Source: Vicinamibacteria bacterium
GTDB taxonomy: Bacteria; Acidobacteriota; Vicinamibacteria; Marinacidobacterales; Marinacidobacteraceae
Length of the DNA: 64,000 bases
Direction: 5' to 3'
Assembly: GCA_963668695.2 (NCBI GenBank)
Contig: CAXXLQ010000004.1
Location: 2,080,001 to 2,144,000, forward strand
Positions 51,775 through 62,805 of the stretch are shown piece after piece. The translations under genes were made by a program, and so were the position numbers. How positions within the stretch are numbered: the first letter of the stretch is position 1; every line of letters starts with the position of its first letter. The notes beneath the pieces are model-generated. The model ran no database searches, was not told the DNA's origin, and was given only the letters and a program-made list of their open reading frames with translations.

Positions 51775-51930
51775 GGGACTCCACGCGGTGGCGGGTGGAA
51801 CTCCACGCTGGAGCCGCTGGACTCCACGCTCTGGCGGGGTCTGTTGGTGGGGACTCCACGCTGGAGCGGGTTCCGCAGACGGGAACTCCACGCTCTGGCG
51901 GGATTTGTAGCCGCGGAACTCCACACTGGA
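51775..51930. repeat. Mini-array of the CTCCACGC satellite (about 6 cores)
   Basis: Same cores and linkers as 13440-14890, and a similar downstream flank ACGCGCGCTTCACG.A.GGCAGC.GTACGCG. Confidence 0.85.
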
Positions 51931-52202
51931 GGAGAGCGCTTTGTCTTCCGACGCGCGCTTCACGGAAGGCAGCTGTACGCGTTTCGCGGTCTTCGGCCGC
52001 GGTGCTGGCCAGAAGGGCCCCACCGGGAGAACTGCCCGGCGCTTCAAGTCCCCGCGCTTCTTCTGGGTTAGCGATGGGAGTTTCGCGGCCTGCGGCCGCG
52101 ATGCTGGCCAGTTCTCCCGGTGCTGGCCAGAAGATCGGCGCTCCATCCCCGCGCTTCTTCGCGGGCGGCGTTCCCGTGCGTTACCCGCCCGGCATGCGGT
52201 AA

Positions 52203-52763
52203 CAGCCTGTGGTGAAACCCACGTGAGCGCCGATGCCGGCCAGTTCTCCCGGTGGGGGCGAGGCCCAGTTCTCCCGGTGGGGCCAGTCCTCCCGGTGGGG
52301 GCCCGGCTGACAAGGCGCGTGAGGGAGGAGCCCCCACCGGGAGAACTGGCCCGGGTGTATTTCGACCGAAGCGCAACGATGAGCGGCGCGCAGCGACGCG
52401 GTGAACAGCCGGTGGTGGAACCCGCGTGAGCGCCGAGGCCGGCGAGGCGCCCGCCTGACAAGGCGCGTGAGGGAGGAATACCTGGGTATTTCGACCGAAA
52501 CTGGGCCGCGTGGGTTTCGCACCGGCGGTTTGGCCGGGATGGATCGCCGCCGAACCCCCACCGGGAGAACTGGGCCGCGTGGGTTTCATCACCGGCTGTT
52601 TGGCCGGGATGGATCGCCGGCCGAGCCCCCACCGGGAGAACTGGGCCGCGTGGGTTTCATCACCGGCTGTTTGGCCGGGATGGATCGCCGGCCGAGCCCC
52701 CACCGGGAGAACTGGGCCGCGTGGGTTTTCGCGGTTGTTTGGCCGGGATGGATCGCCGGCCGA
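52203..52763 (+). mobile_element. Composite MITE with ~70-bp tandem units; right end degenerate
   Basis: GTAA|CAGCCTGTGG left end, second left end at about 52406, repeated internal units. Confidence 0.75.
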
Positions 52764-52908
52764 GTGAACCCCGGAACTGGGCGGCGCGTCCGGGCGAGGG
52801 GCGGTACGCGCTTTCGCGGCGCTGTCAGGCCGCGGCGCCGGCCAGTTCTCCCGGTGGGGGCGTGAACCCCGCCGTTCCCGTTCTTCGCGCAGTGCGTTAA
52901 CGTGGGGA

Positions 52909-55296
52909 TTGATGATCCGCCTCGCGTTTTCCTGTCTGATTGTCTTGCTCGCGCTCGGTGGGTGCTCGGCCGGGTCCGGGCCGTCCACCACGCCGCCTAC
53001 CCGGGCCGCGCCGTCGCCCCCGCCTGCTCCGGCTCCCGAGCCGCCCCCCTCGTCCGAGCCGGTCCCGGCGCCCCGCGACCTGCCGGCAGCGCCGGACGAC
53101 ACCTGCGTGACGATCCACACCGGCGAGTGCGTGCCGTCACCGCAGTTCAACGCCATGGCGACCGAGCTTGCCGAGGATTACGCCGCGGACCGCAATTTCG
53201 AGGCGCAGTGGGGTCTCCACGCGATCAACGCCCACGTCGCCTACGGGCACGTGAACCTGTTGGAGGGTCCGGACGTCGCGCCGGGAACCGGCGTGACCAT
53301 CGGGGTGATCGACACCGGGATTGACGCCGAACACCCGATCTTCGAGGGCAAGACGATCCACCAGGAGTTCCTGTTCGGCGCCGTCGGGGACACCGGGGAA
53401 GAGGGATCCCACGGCACCGCGGTGGCGAGCATCGCCGCGGGAGGACAAAACGACAATCCGAACGCCGCCCACGGGGTCGCCTGGGGCGCGGACCTCGCCG
53501 TGTGGGCGATCCCGCTCGGCAGTCCCGACAACGTCTACGACCCGATCACGATCGAAGAACTCGCCGAATCGGACGAGGGGTTCGCCGAGATCTTCAAGTC
53601 GGTCTTCGCCTGGCGCGATGCGGGAGGGGACCTCGACATCCTGAACCTGAGCTTCGGCTACGAGGGCATCATCGACCGCTACGCCGAGGAGGACCTCCGC
53701 GCGAGCTTCTCGGAGATGATCGCGACCCTGGCCCAGGCGGACGCCGCCGAGAAGACGATCCTCGTCTGGGCGGCGGGAAACCAGAACGGCGACCGCTGCG
53801 GGTTCGGCGTCGAACACTGCGTGGACGGCCGGGTCGAGGCCGTCTCGGTCGGCATCCTCCCGGGGCTCCTCGCCTACATGGAGGAACTCCAGGGGCACTC
53901 CATCGCGGTGGTGGCGCTGAGCCCGGACGGCGGCGGGATCGCGAGCTTCTCGAACCGTTGCGGCATCGCCTCCGACTTCTGCATCGCGGCGCCCGGCGAA
54001 GAAGTGAGGTTCGCCTACTACGGGCCCGACGACGAAGTGGACGGCGTCCGGGGCTACGGCGAGGGGGGCGGAACCTCGTTCGCCGCCCCAATGGTGTCCG
54101 GCGGGCTCGCGGTGATGAAGCACCTCTTCCGCGACCAGCTCGCGAACGAGGAGTTGGTCACCCGGCTCTTCCTGACCGCCGACAACACCGGCATCTACGC
54201 CGACCGCGACATCTACGGCAACGGCCGGATGGACCTCGGCGCCGCCACCTCGCCGGTGGGAGTGCTCGACGTGCCCATCACGACCGGGCTGGCCGCCATG
54301 GCGCACGCGTCGCTGAACTCCACCGGGCTGCGCTTCGGCGCCGCGTTCGGCGACGGATTCGGGGAGGCGTTCGGAGACGGCGAGCTGATGGCCCTTGACG
54401 ACTACGGGGCCCCGTTCTGGTACGGCCTGGACAACTTCACGGCGACCAGCGACGGCCCTGCGATGTCGGCGCGCCTGAGGACCTTCCTGGGGCCGGGGTC
54501 CACGCCCGGACTGGCGGTGGCCACCGGCGGCGGGGGCGCCTCGGGTTCGAGCGCCGGAACGCTCGGGATGACGGCGGGCCTTCTCCGGATGCCCACCGCG
54601 GCCGGGAACGGACACCTCGCGCTCGCCGAGGGTGCGGTCATGGTGAGCGCCTTCGAAGCGGGCGGCCTCTCGGCCACTGCCTTCACCACCGGGCCGCTTC
54701 GCCCCTTCATGCCGGCGACCGGCGCGGCGCTGGGCTGGCGGCCGGACGGGCTCCCGGTGGGCTTTACGGCGGGGTGGATCTCGGAGCGGGAGACGATGCT
54801 CGGCAGCATGGGGCTGGGGGCGTTCGGCAGCCTCTCGGCCGGGACCGCCTTCTTCGGCTTCGACGGGGGCTTGGATCTCGGCGGGTGGAACCTCGGGGCG
54901 AGCGGCGAGTTCGGGGTGGTGAACCCGGCAGCGCAGGGCGGAATGATCCAGGAGATCTCCGCGCTCGCGACCAGCACCTTCGCGGTTCACGCAAGCCGCG
55001 CCTTCCAGGGCCGGAGCGCGCTGCATTTCTCGCTGTCGCAGCCGCTCCGGGTGGAAAACGGCTGGGCTTCGCTGACGGTGCCGAATGCCCGGACGAAACG
55101 GGGCGAAGTGCTCCACCGCTCGCTCCGCGCCGACCTCGCGCCCGGGGAGCGCCAGCTCGACCTCGCGGCGCAGTGGAACCGGGCGCTGCCGCTCGGCGAG
55201 TTCCGCCTGGGGGCGATCTGGAGCCACCGGCCCGGCCACCGGGATGTGCTGGGGCCGCAATTCGCGCTGCTCTCCGGCTGGCGCTGGACCTTCTAA
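52909..55296 (+). CDS. Lipoprotein subtilisin (S8) protease with a C-terminal beta-barrel-like domain
   Basis: LGG-C lipobox; DTG, HGT, AAGN, GTSFAAP triad motifs; alternating beta-strands ending WRWTF. Confidence 0.88.
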   Translation: MMIRLAFSCLIVLLALGGCSAGSGPSTTPPTRAAPSPPPAPAPEPPPSSEPVPAPRDLPAAPDDTCVTIHTGECVPSPQFNAMATELAEDYAADRNFEAQWGLHAINAHVAYGHVNLLEGPDVAPGTGVTIGVIDTGIDAEHPIFEGKTIHQEFLFGAVGDTGEEGSHGTAVASIAAGGQNDNPNAAHGVAWGADLAVWAIPLGSPDNVYDPITIEELAESDEGFAEIFKSVFAWRDAGGDLDILNLSFGYEGIIDRYAEEDLRASFSEMIATLAQADAAEKTILVWAAGNQNGDRCGFGVEHCVDGRVEAVSVGILPGLLAYMEELQGHSIAVVALSPDGGGIASFSNRCGIASDFCIAAPGEEVRFAYYGPDDEVDGVRGYGEGGGTSFAAPMVSGGLAVMKHLFRDQLANEELVTRLFLTADNTGIYADRDIYGNGRMDLGAATSPVGVLDVPITTGLAAMAHASLNSTGLRFGAAFGDGFGEAFGDGELMALDDYGAPFWYGLDNFTATSDGPAMSARLRTFLGPGSTPGLAVATGGGGASGSSAGTLGMTAGLLRMPTAAGNGHLALAEGAVMVSAFEAGGLSATAFTTGPLRPFMPATGAALGWRPDGLPVGFTAGWISERETMLGSMGLGAFGSLSAGTAFFGFDGGLDLGGWNLGASGEFGVVNPAAQGGMIQEISALATSTFAVHASRAFQGRSALHFSLSQPLRVENGWASLTVPNARTKRGEVLHRSLRADLAPGERQLDLAAQWNRALPLGEFRLGAIWSHRPGHRDVLGPQFALLSGWRWTF

Positions 55297-55737
55297 GGAG
55301 CACCGCAGGGCAAGGACCGCCGGCCAGTCCTCCCGGTGGGGCCCTGGGAGCGCCGGCCAGTCCTCCCGGTGGGGCCCTTCAGACCGGCATCGCTCCCCGC
55401 AGGGGAGCGAAACTCCCAAACTCAGCCACGCCCCTGGCGGGGACCCATCCGCAGGCCGCGAGACTCCCATCGCCAATCCCCGCATGGCGCCGCCGGGAAC
55501 AAGAACTCCCGCCGCCAATCGTCGAAAATGGCGCACCGCTTGGAAACGCCGTCTGGTGATCGGTCCGTTATACCGGGGCAAATGATTTCACCAGGACGGC
55601 TCTGCCGGTGGGGGCGTTCACACCGGCGCCGCGCGGTCCGTGACCCGCGGAACCGCGCATATTCCACCCGTTACTACGGCGCGTGACAGTGAGAAGAAGT
55701 CGCCAAACCGACGACGGAGTTGACACAATCCCGACTC

Positions 55738-58525
55738 GTGAGACCCCGTTACCGTGGACACTCCATTCTTGGGGTTCCTGCGGAGACCTCACCCCCTGCC
55801 GGGCAGCGCCTCCCGCAGCCCTGGTGGGCCATCCTCGCCGTCGCGCTGTTCGCGGTGTCCGGATGCGGCGCCTCTGCCGGCCGGGAGGCGTTGCCGCCGC
55901 CGCCCACGGTTCAGGCCCCACCGGCGCCGCCTCCCCCCGCGCCGGAGCCACCGCCGCTGACGCCCGAACCACCCCCGGCCCAGCCGGAGTCTCCCCCGCA
56001 ACCCGAGCAGCCGCCCCCGCCGCCAGAGCAGCCGGTGCCGCCGTCATCGGGTGGTGGTGGCGGCGGTGGTGGTAGTGGCGGCGGTGGTGGCGGAGGGGGA
56101 GGAGGGACCACGCCACCTCCACCCCCTCCTCCACCCCCTCCCCCTCCTCCACCCCCTCCTCCACCCCCTCCCCCTCCTCCACCCCCACCCCCTCCTCCAC
56201 CCCCTCCCCCTCCTCCACCGCCACCCCCTCCTCCACCCCCCTCCACCCCCACTCCCTCCTCCACCTCCACCCCCCCCACCCCCTCCTCCACCGCCACCTC
56301 CACCCCCACTCCCACCCCCTCCTCCACCACCGCCCCCTCCTCCGCCCGACCCCTGCATCGAGACCCACGCCGGCGACTGCCTGACGGCACCCCAGTTCGT
56401 GACCCAGGCGGACTTGCTCGCCCCGGCCTACGCCCAGCACGCAAACTTCCAGACCCAGTGGGGTCTGGCGAGCATCAATGCCGACCTCGCCTACGGCAAT
56501 GTGGAGCTGCTGAAGGGCGCGAGCGCCGCGCCGGGTGCCGGGGTGACCATCGGCTTCATCGATACCGGGATCGACGACCAGCACCCGGTGTTCGCCGGGA
56601 AGACCATCTACGAGCAACTACTGAGCGGCGCCTCCCAGGAGACCGGTGACACCGTCTCGCACGGCACCGCGGTGGCCAGCATCGCCGCCGGCGGGAGGAT
56701 CGGGGGCTCCGACGCGGCGCACGGGGTCGCCTGGGGCGCGGACATCGCCATGTTCGCCATCCCGGCCGGAACCGGCAACAACGTCTACAACCCGATCTCG
56801 CTCGCCAGCCTCATGGCATCGGACAGCGGCCGGGCCACCGAATTCGGGACCATACTGGGCTGGCGGGACGGAACCCGGAAAGTGGACGTCCTGAACCTGA
56901 GCGTCGGCTACAACGGGCTCATCGACGCTTACAGCGAAGCGGATTTGCGCGCGAACTTCGGGACCACGATCGCCGCCATCGCCCAGGCCGGCAGCACGGA
57001 CAAGGTGATCTTCGTCTGGTCGGCGGGGAACGCGAACGGGGATGACTGTGAACCCAGCCACGCGAACTGCGTGAACGGCAAGCTGAACGCCGTCTCCGTG
57101 GACATCCTGCCGGGGCTCGTGGCCCGCATCGCGGAACTTCAGGGGCATTCGGTAGCGGTGGCGGGGCTCAGCTCCAGTGGGGAAATCACCAGCTTCTCGA
57201 ACCGGTGCGGCATCGGTGCCGCCTACTGCATCGCGGCGCCCGGGGAGGACATGACGGTCGCCTACTTCGGGCCCGATTCCATGGGCGACCCGATTCGCGG
57301 CTACGGCACCGGCCGGGGCACCTCCTACGCCGCCCCGATGGTCGCCGGCGGCCTCGCGGTGATGCGCCAGCTCTTTCGCGACCAGCTCTCGAACCCGGAG
57401 CTCCTCACCCGGCTTTTCGCGACCGCCGACAAGACCGGCATCTACGCGACCAGCAGCATCTACGGCCAGGGGAAGATGGACCTCGGGGCCGCCACCTCGC
57501 CCGTGGGGGTGTTGGAGGTGCCGATCCTGTTCGGAACGACGACTGCGGCGTACGGCGCCCTGAACTCCACCGGCCTGCGCCTCGGGGCGGCGTTCGGGGA
57601 TGGGCTGGCGGAGGCGCTCGACGGCGGTGAACTCATGGCGCTCGACGACTTCGGCGCCCCGTTCTGGTACGGCCTGGGGAACTTCGCCGCGACCACCGAC
57701 GGCCCCGCGATATCCGCGCGCCTCAGGACCTTCCTCGGGCCGGGAACTTCCGCGGGGTGGCCGTCTGGCGGCGGCGCGGGTCGCTCCGCCCACGGGATCG
57801 CGGCCTCGGTGCTGCGGATGCCCACCGCGGCCGGGAACGGCCATCTCGCGCTCGCGGAGGGCGCGGTGATGGTGAGCGCGTTCGAAGCGGGGGGCTTGTC
57901 GGCAACCGCCTTTACGACCGGAGCGCTGCGGCCCATCATGCCGGCGACCGGCGCGGCGCTCGCGTGGCGGCCCGACGGGCTGGGGATGGGTTTCCGCGCC
58001 GGGTGGATCTCGGAGCGGGAGACCATGCTCGGGAGCCTGGGGCAGGGGGCCTTCGGCAACCTCTCGGCCGGGACGGCGTTCGTCGGCTTCGATGGGGGCG
58101 TGAACCTCGGGGGTTGGCGCTTCGGGGCGGACGGCGAGTTCGGGGTGGTGAACCCGGCGGCGCAGGGCGGCATGATCCAGGAGATCTCCGCGCTCGCGAC
58201 CAGCACCTTCGCGGTCCACGCGAGCCGGGCGTTCGAGAGCGCCGGGTCACTGAGTCTTTCGCTCTCGCAGCCGCTCCGGGTGGAAAACGGGTGGGCGTCG
58301 CTGACGGTGCCCGCCGCCCGCACGAAACAGGGAGAGGTGCTCCACCGCTCGCTCCGCGCCGACCTCGCGCCCGGGGAGCGGCAGCTCGACCTGGCGGCGC
58401 AGTGGAACCGGGCGCTGCCGCTCGGCGAGTTCCGCCTGGGAACGGTCTGGAGCCACCGGCCGGGACACCGGGACGTGCTCGGACCGCAATTCGCCCTCCT
58501 CTCCGGCTGGCGCTGGACCTTCTGA
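55738..58525 (+). CDS. S8 protease paralog 2; frameshift within a poly-Pro tract (about 56100-56345)
   Basis: VSG-C lipobox in the 55720 frame; catalytic and barrel part in ORF 56051-58525. Confidence 0.82.
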
Positions 58526-58771
58526 GGAGCACCGCAGGGCAAGGAGCGCCGGGCACTTCTCCCGGTGGGGGCTAGGAACGCTGGGCAGTCCTCCCGGTGG
58601 GGCCCTTCAGACCGGCATCGCTCCCCACAGGGGAGCGAAACTCCCAAACTCAGCCACACCCCTGGTTGGGACCCATCCGAGGGCCGCGAAACTCCCATCC
58701 CCAACACCCTCACGGCGCGCGACAGCGGAGCAAGTCGCTGTAACGGCCTTGCAATTGACACAATACCGACC

Positions 58772-61488
58772 ATGAGATCTTGCTACCCCGAACACTCCAT
58801 CGTTGGGGTTTCTGCGGAGGTCTCACCCCGGTCCGGACGGCGCCGGCCGCCCTCTCGGTGGGCCATCCTCGCCGCCGTACTATTCGCCGCGTCCGGATGC
58901 GGCGCCTCCGCCGGACGGGAGGCGTTGCCGCCGCCGCCCACGGTTCAGGCCCCACCGGCGCCGCCCCCTTCTGCACCGGAGCCACCGCCACCGGCGCCCG
59001 AACCACCCCCGGCCCAGCCGGAGTCTCCCCCGTCACCCGAACAGCCGCCCCCGCCGCCGGAGCAGCCGGTGCCTCCGTCATCAGGTGGCGGTGGTGGTGG
59101 CGGCGGCGGCTCCGGCGGTGGCGGCGGCGGTGGGGGTGGCGGTGGAACCACGCCACCCGCCACCTCCCCCCCCTCCACCACCTCCCCCTCCACCTCCACC
59201 TCCACCTCCCCCCTCCTCCACCACCACCTCCGCCACCTCCCCCTCCTCCACCACCACCACCACCACCACCTCCTCCTCCTCCTCCTCCTCCGCCCGACCC
59301 CTGCATCGAGACCCACGCCGGCGACTGCGTGACGGCACCCCAGTTCGTGACTCAGGCGGACTTGCTCGCCCCGGCCTACGCCCAGCACGCGAACTTCCAG
59401 ACCCAGTGGGGGCTCGCGACCATCAACGCCAGCCTCGCCTACGGCCACGTGGAGCTGCTGAAGGGCGCGAGCGCCGCGCCGGGCGCCGGAGTCACCATCG
59501 GATTCATCGACACCGGGATCGATGACCAACACCCGGTGTTCGCCGGGAAGACCATTACCGAGCGACTGCTGTCCGGCGCCTCCCAGGAGACCGGTGACAG
59601 GGTCTCGCACGGCACCGCGGTGGCCAGCATCGCCGCCGGCGGGAGGATCGGGGGCTCCGACGCCGCGCACGGGGTCGCCTGGGGCGCGGACATCGCCATG
59701 TTCGCCATTTCGGCCGGAACCGGCAACAACATCTACAACCCGATCTCGCTCGCCAGCCTCTTGGCATTGGACAGCGGCTGGGCCGCCCGATTCGGGACGG
59801 TGCTGGGCTGGCGGAGCGGCAGCCGGAAGGTGGACATCCTGAACCTGAGCGTCGGCTACAGCGGGCTCATCGACATCTACAGCGAAGCCGACCTCCGCGC
59901 GAACCTCGGGACCGTGATCGCCGCCATCGCCCAGGCCGGCAGCACCGACAAGACGATCTTCGTCTGGTCGGCGGGGAACGCGAACGGGGACGACTGCCAG
60001 CCCAGCCACGCCAACTGTGTGAACCGCAAGTTGAACGCCGTCTCCGTGAACATCCTCGCGGGGCTCGTCGCCCGCATCGCGGAGCTTCAGGGGCATTCGG
60101 TAGCAGTGGCGGCGCTCAACTCCGGCGGGGCAATCGCGAGCATTTCGAACCGCTGCGGCATTGCTGCCGCCTACTGCATCGCGGCGCCCGGGGAGGACAT
60201 GACGCTCGCCTACTTCGGGCCCGATTCCATGGGCGACCCGATTCGCGGCTACCGCACCAGCCGGGGCACCTCCTACGCCGCCCCGATGGTCGCCGGCGGC
60301 CTCGCGGTGATGCGCCAGCTCTTTCGGGACCAGCTCTCGAATCCGGAGCTCCTGAGCCGCCTCTTCGCCACCGCCGACAAGACCGGCATCTACGCGACCG
60401 GCAGCATCTACGGCCAGGGGAAGATGGACCTCGGGGCCGCCACCTCGCCGGTGGGGGTGCTGGACGTGCCGATCCTGTTCGGAACCACGACCGCGGCGCA
60501 CGCTTCCCTGAATTCGACCGGGTTGCGTCTCGGGGCGGCGTTCGGGGACGGGCTCGCGGAGGCGCTCGACGGCGGCGAGTTCATGGCGCTCGACGACTTC
60601 GGGGCGCCGTTCTGGTACGGCCTCGGGAACTTCGCGGCGACCACCGACGGGCCCTCGATGGCCGCCCGGCTGCGGAGCTTCCTCGGGCCCCGAACTTCCG
60701 CGGGGTGGCCGTCAGGAGCGGTCGGCGCCGGATCAGGTCCGGGCCCGGGGACCCTCGGGATGAGCGCCGGCGTCCTCCGGATGCCCACCGCGGCCGGGAA
60801 CGGCCACCTCGCGCTCGCCGAGGGCGCGGTGATGGTGAGCGCCTTCGAGCGGGGCGGCCTCTCGGCGACCGCCTTCACCACCGGACCGCTGCGGCCCTTC
60901 ATGCCGGCGACCGGAGCCGTGCTCGGTTGGCGGCCCGAGCGGCTCCCGGTGGGCTTCACCGCCGGTTGGATCGACGAGCGGGAGACCCTGCTCGGGAGCT
61001 TCGGGCAGGGGGCGTTCGGGGGCCTGTCGGCGGGGACGGCCTTCGTCGGCTTCGACGGGGGGGTGGACTTCGGAAGCTGGCGCTTCGGGGCGGGCGGCGA
61101 GTTCGGGGTGGCGAATCCGGGGGTCCAGGGCGGGATGATCCGGGAGATCTCCCCGCTCGCGACCAGCACCTTCGCGGTCCACGCGAGCCGGGCGTTCGCC
61201 CGCCAGGGAGCGTTCCACTTCTCCCTGTCGCAGCCGCTCCGGGTGGAAAACGGGTGGGCGTCGCTGACGGTGCCCGCGGCCCGCACGAAACAGGGAGAGG
61301 TGCTCCAAAGGTCGTTCCGGGCCGACCTCGCCCCCGGGGAGCGTCAGCTTGACGTCGCGGCGCAGTGGAACCGGCCGCTCCCGCTCGGGGAGCTGCGGCT
61401 GGGGGCGGTGTGGAGCCACTGGCCGGGCCACCGGGATATGGTGGGGCCACAATTGGCGGCGCTGGGGGGGTGGAGGTGGGTTTTCTGA
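58772..61488 (+). CDS. S8 protease paralog 3; frameshifts within a poly-Pro tract (about 59150-59295)
   Basis: ASG-C lipobox in the 58565 frame; catalytic and barrel part in ORF 58780-61488, ending WRWVF. Confidence 0.82.
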
Positions 61489-61511
61489 GGCGCGGAGTCC
61501 CCGGAGAGAAC

Positions 61512-62804
61512 ATGATGAGTTTGTTTTGGGAACGGTTCCGGAGCCCCCGCTGGGGCCGGTTCCGCGGGCGCCGCTGGGCGGCGTTCCTCTTCCTTGCCGT
61601 TTTCGCGGGGTGGACCCCGGAGCGCGCCCAGGGCTACCGGTACGTTGACTTCCTGCAGACCCACGTCATCACCGAGTCTTCGTGGCCGCCGTTCCTCCGC
61701 TTCGACCGGAGCGTCTGGCCCCCCGGAGAAGCGATCGAGATTCGCATCGTCCGCGATTCCGCCTTCAGCGAGGCGCTCTACGATCGGTTCGCCCGCCTGG
61801 TCGAAACGGCCCTCGGGCATTGGTCCTCGGTGGCAACGGCGGACCTCCGGTTCACGGTCGCCTTCGCCGGCGCGGAGACCTACGAAGCCGACGAGGGCGG
61901 CTTTTAACAGCCTGTGGTGAAACCCACGCGGCGTTCGAGCGGCGATCCATCCCGCCTGAACCGCGCCGCTTTGCGGCGCTCTGCGTTGCGTTTCGGTCGA
62001 AATACACCAGGTATTCCTCCCTCACGCGCCTTGTCAGCCGGGCGCCTCCCCGCTCTCGGCGCTCACGCGAGTTCCACCACAGGCTGTTAAGTGCGCCTCG
62101 TTGACGAGGACAGGTCGTCGGTGGCGCGAGGAGGGGTGATTCGCCTCCATCTCGAGGACCAGGACCCGCCCGCCTGGGTGGGGTGTCGGGTGACGGTTCC
62201 CGCCCACGCGTTGAGTAGTCCCACCGCCTTCCGGCTCCAGGTCATGGTCCACGAGTTCGGCCACTGCCTGGGACTTGGCCATACGGCGTCGTATCCCGAT
62301 TTTCGATTCCGCGACCGGGTTCGCGCGGCCGAGTTCGGCGTGGATCCGGTCATGTCCTATGGGTGGTCCCTCCACCTGGATGAGATCGCCGAACAGACCC
62401 GCCCGGACCTGATCACCCCGGACGATGCGGCCGGGATCTCGCTCCTGAGGCCGCGGCCCGGATGGCTGGAAGAGACCGGCAGGATCTGGGGCGTGGTCCT
62501 TGGAGGCGACGGCGCCCCGGTCCGCTACGGGGTGGTCATCGCCTTCCGGGTGGAGGACGGACGCGCGGCGAGCGCGGGGGTGAGCGGCTTCACCGACAAC
62601 CAGGGGTTCTTCTCCATTGCGGGGCTCGGGCCGGGCAGCTACGCCGTCCAGGCGCACCCCCTCCAGACCGGGACGGCGCATCCCGACATCTTGCCGGAGG
62701 CGGTGACCGATTTCCGGTACACCACCGCGGTCGAAGCCATCGAGGTACGCGCCGGGGCGCGTACCGGCCCGCTCACCTTCGTGGTGCAGCCGAAGGAGAA
62801 CTGA
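61512..62804 (+). pseudogene. Matrixin-like protease (paralog of 40802-41911) split by a MITE
   Basis: 5' part to 61907 (SSWPPF..., W..V.TADL.FTV); 3' part 62091-62804 with HEFGHCLGLGH and PVMSY. Confidence 0.85.
61908..62086 (-). mobile_element. MITE with a perfect TTAA flanking duplication
   Basis: TTAA (61904-61907)|CAGCCTGTGGTG...CACCACAGGCTG|TTAA (62087-62090). Confidence 0.9.
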
Positions 62805-62805
62805 C

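Noticed and set aside
61908-62086. Self-splicing intron
   Set aside because: Only 179 bp, with terminal inverted repeats, a TTAA duplication and many intergenic siblings; no group I or II features seen
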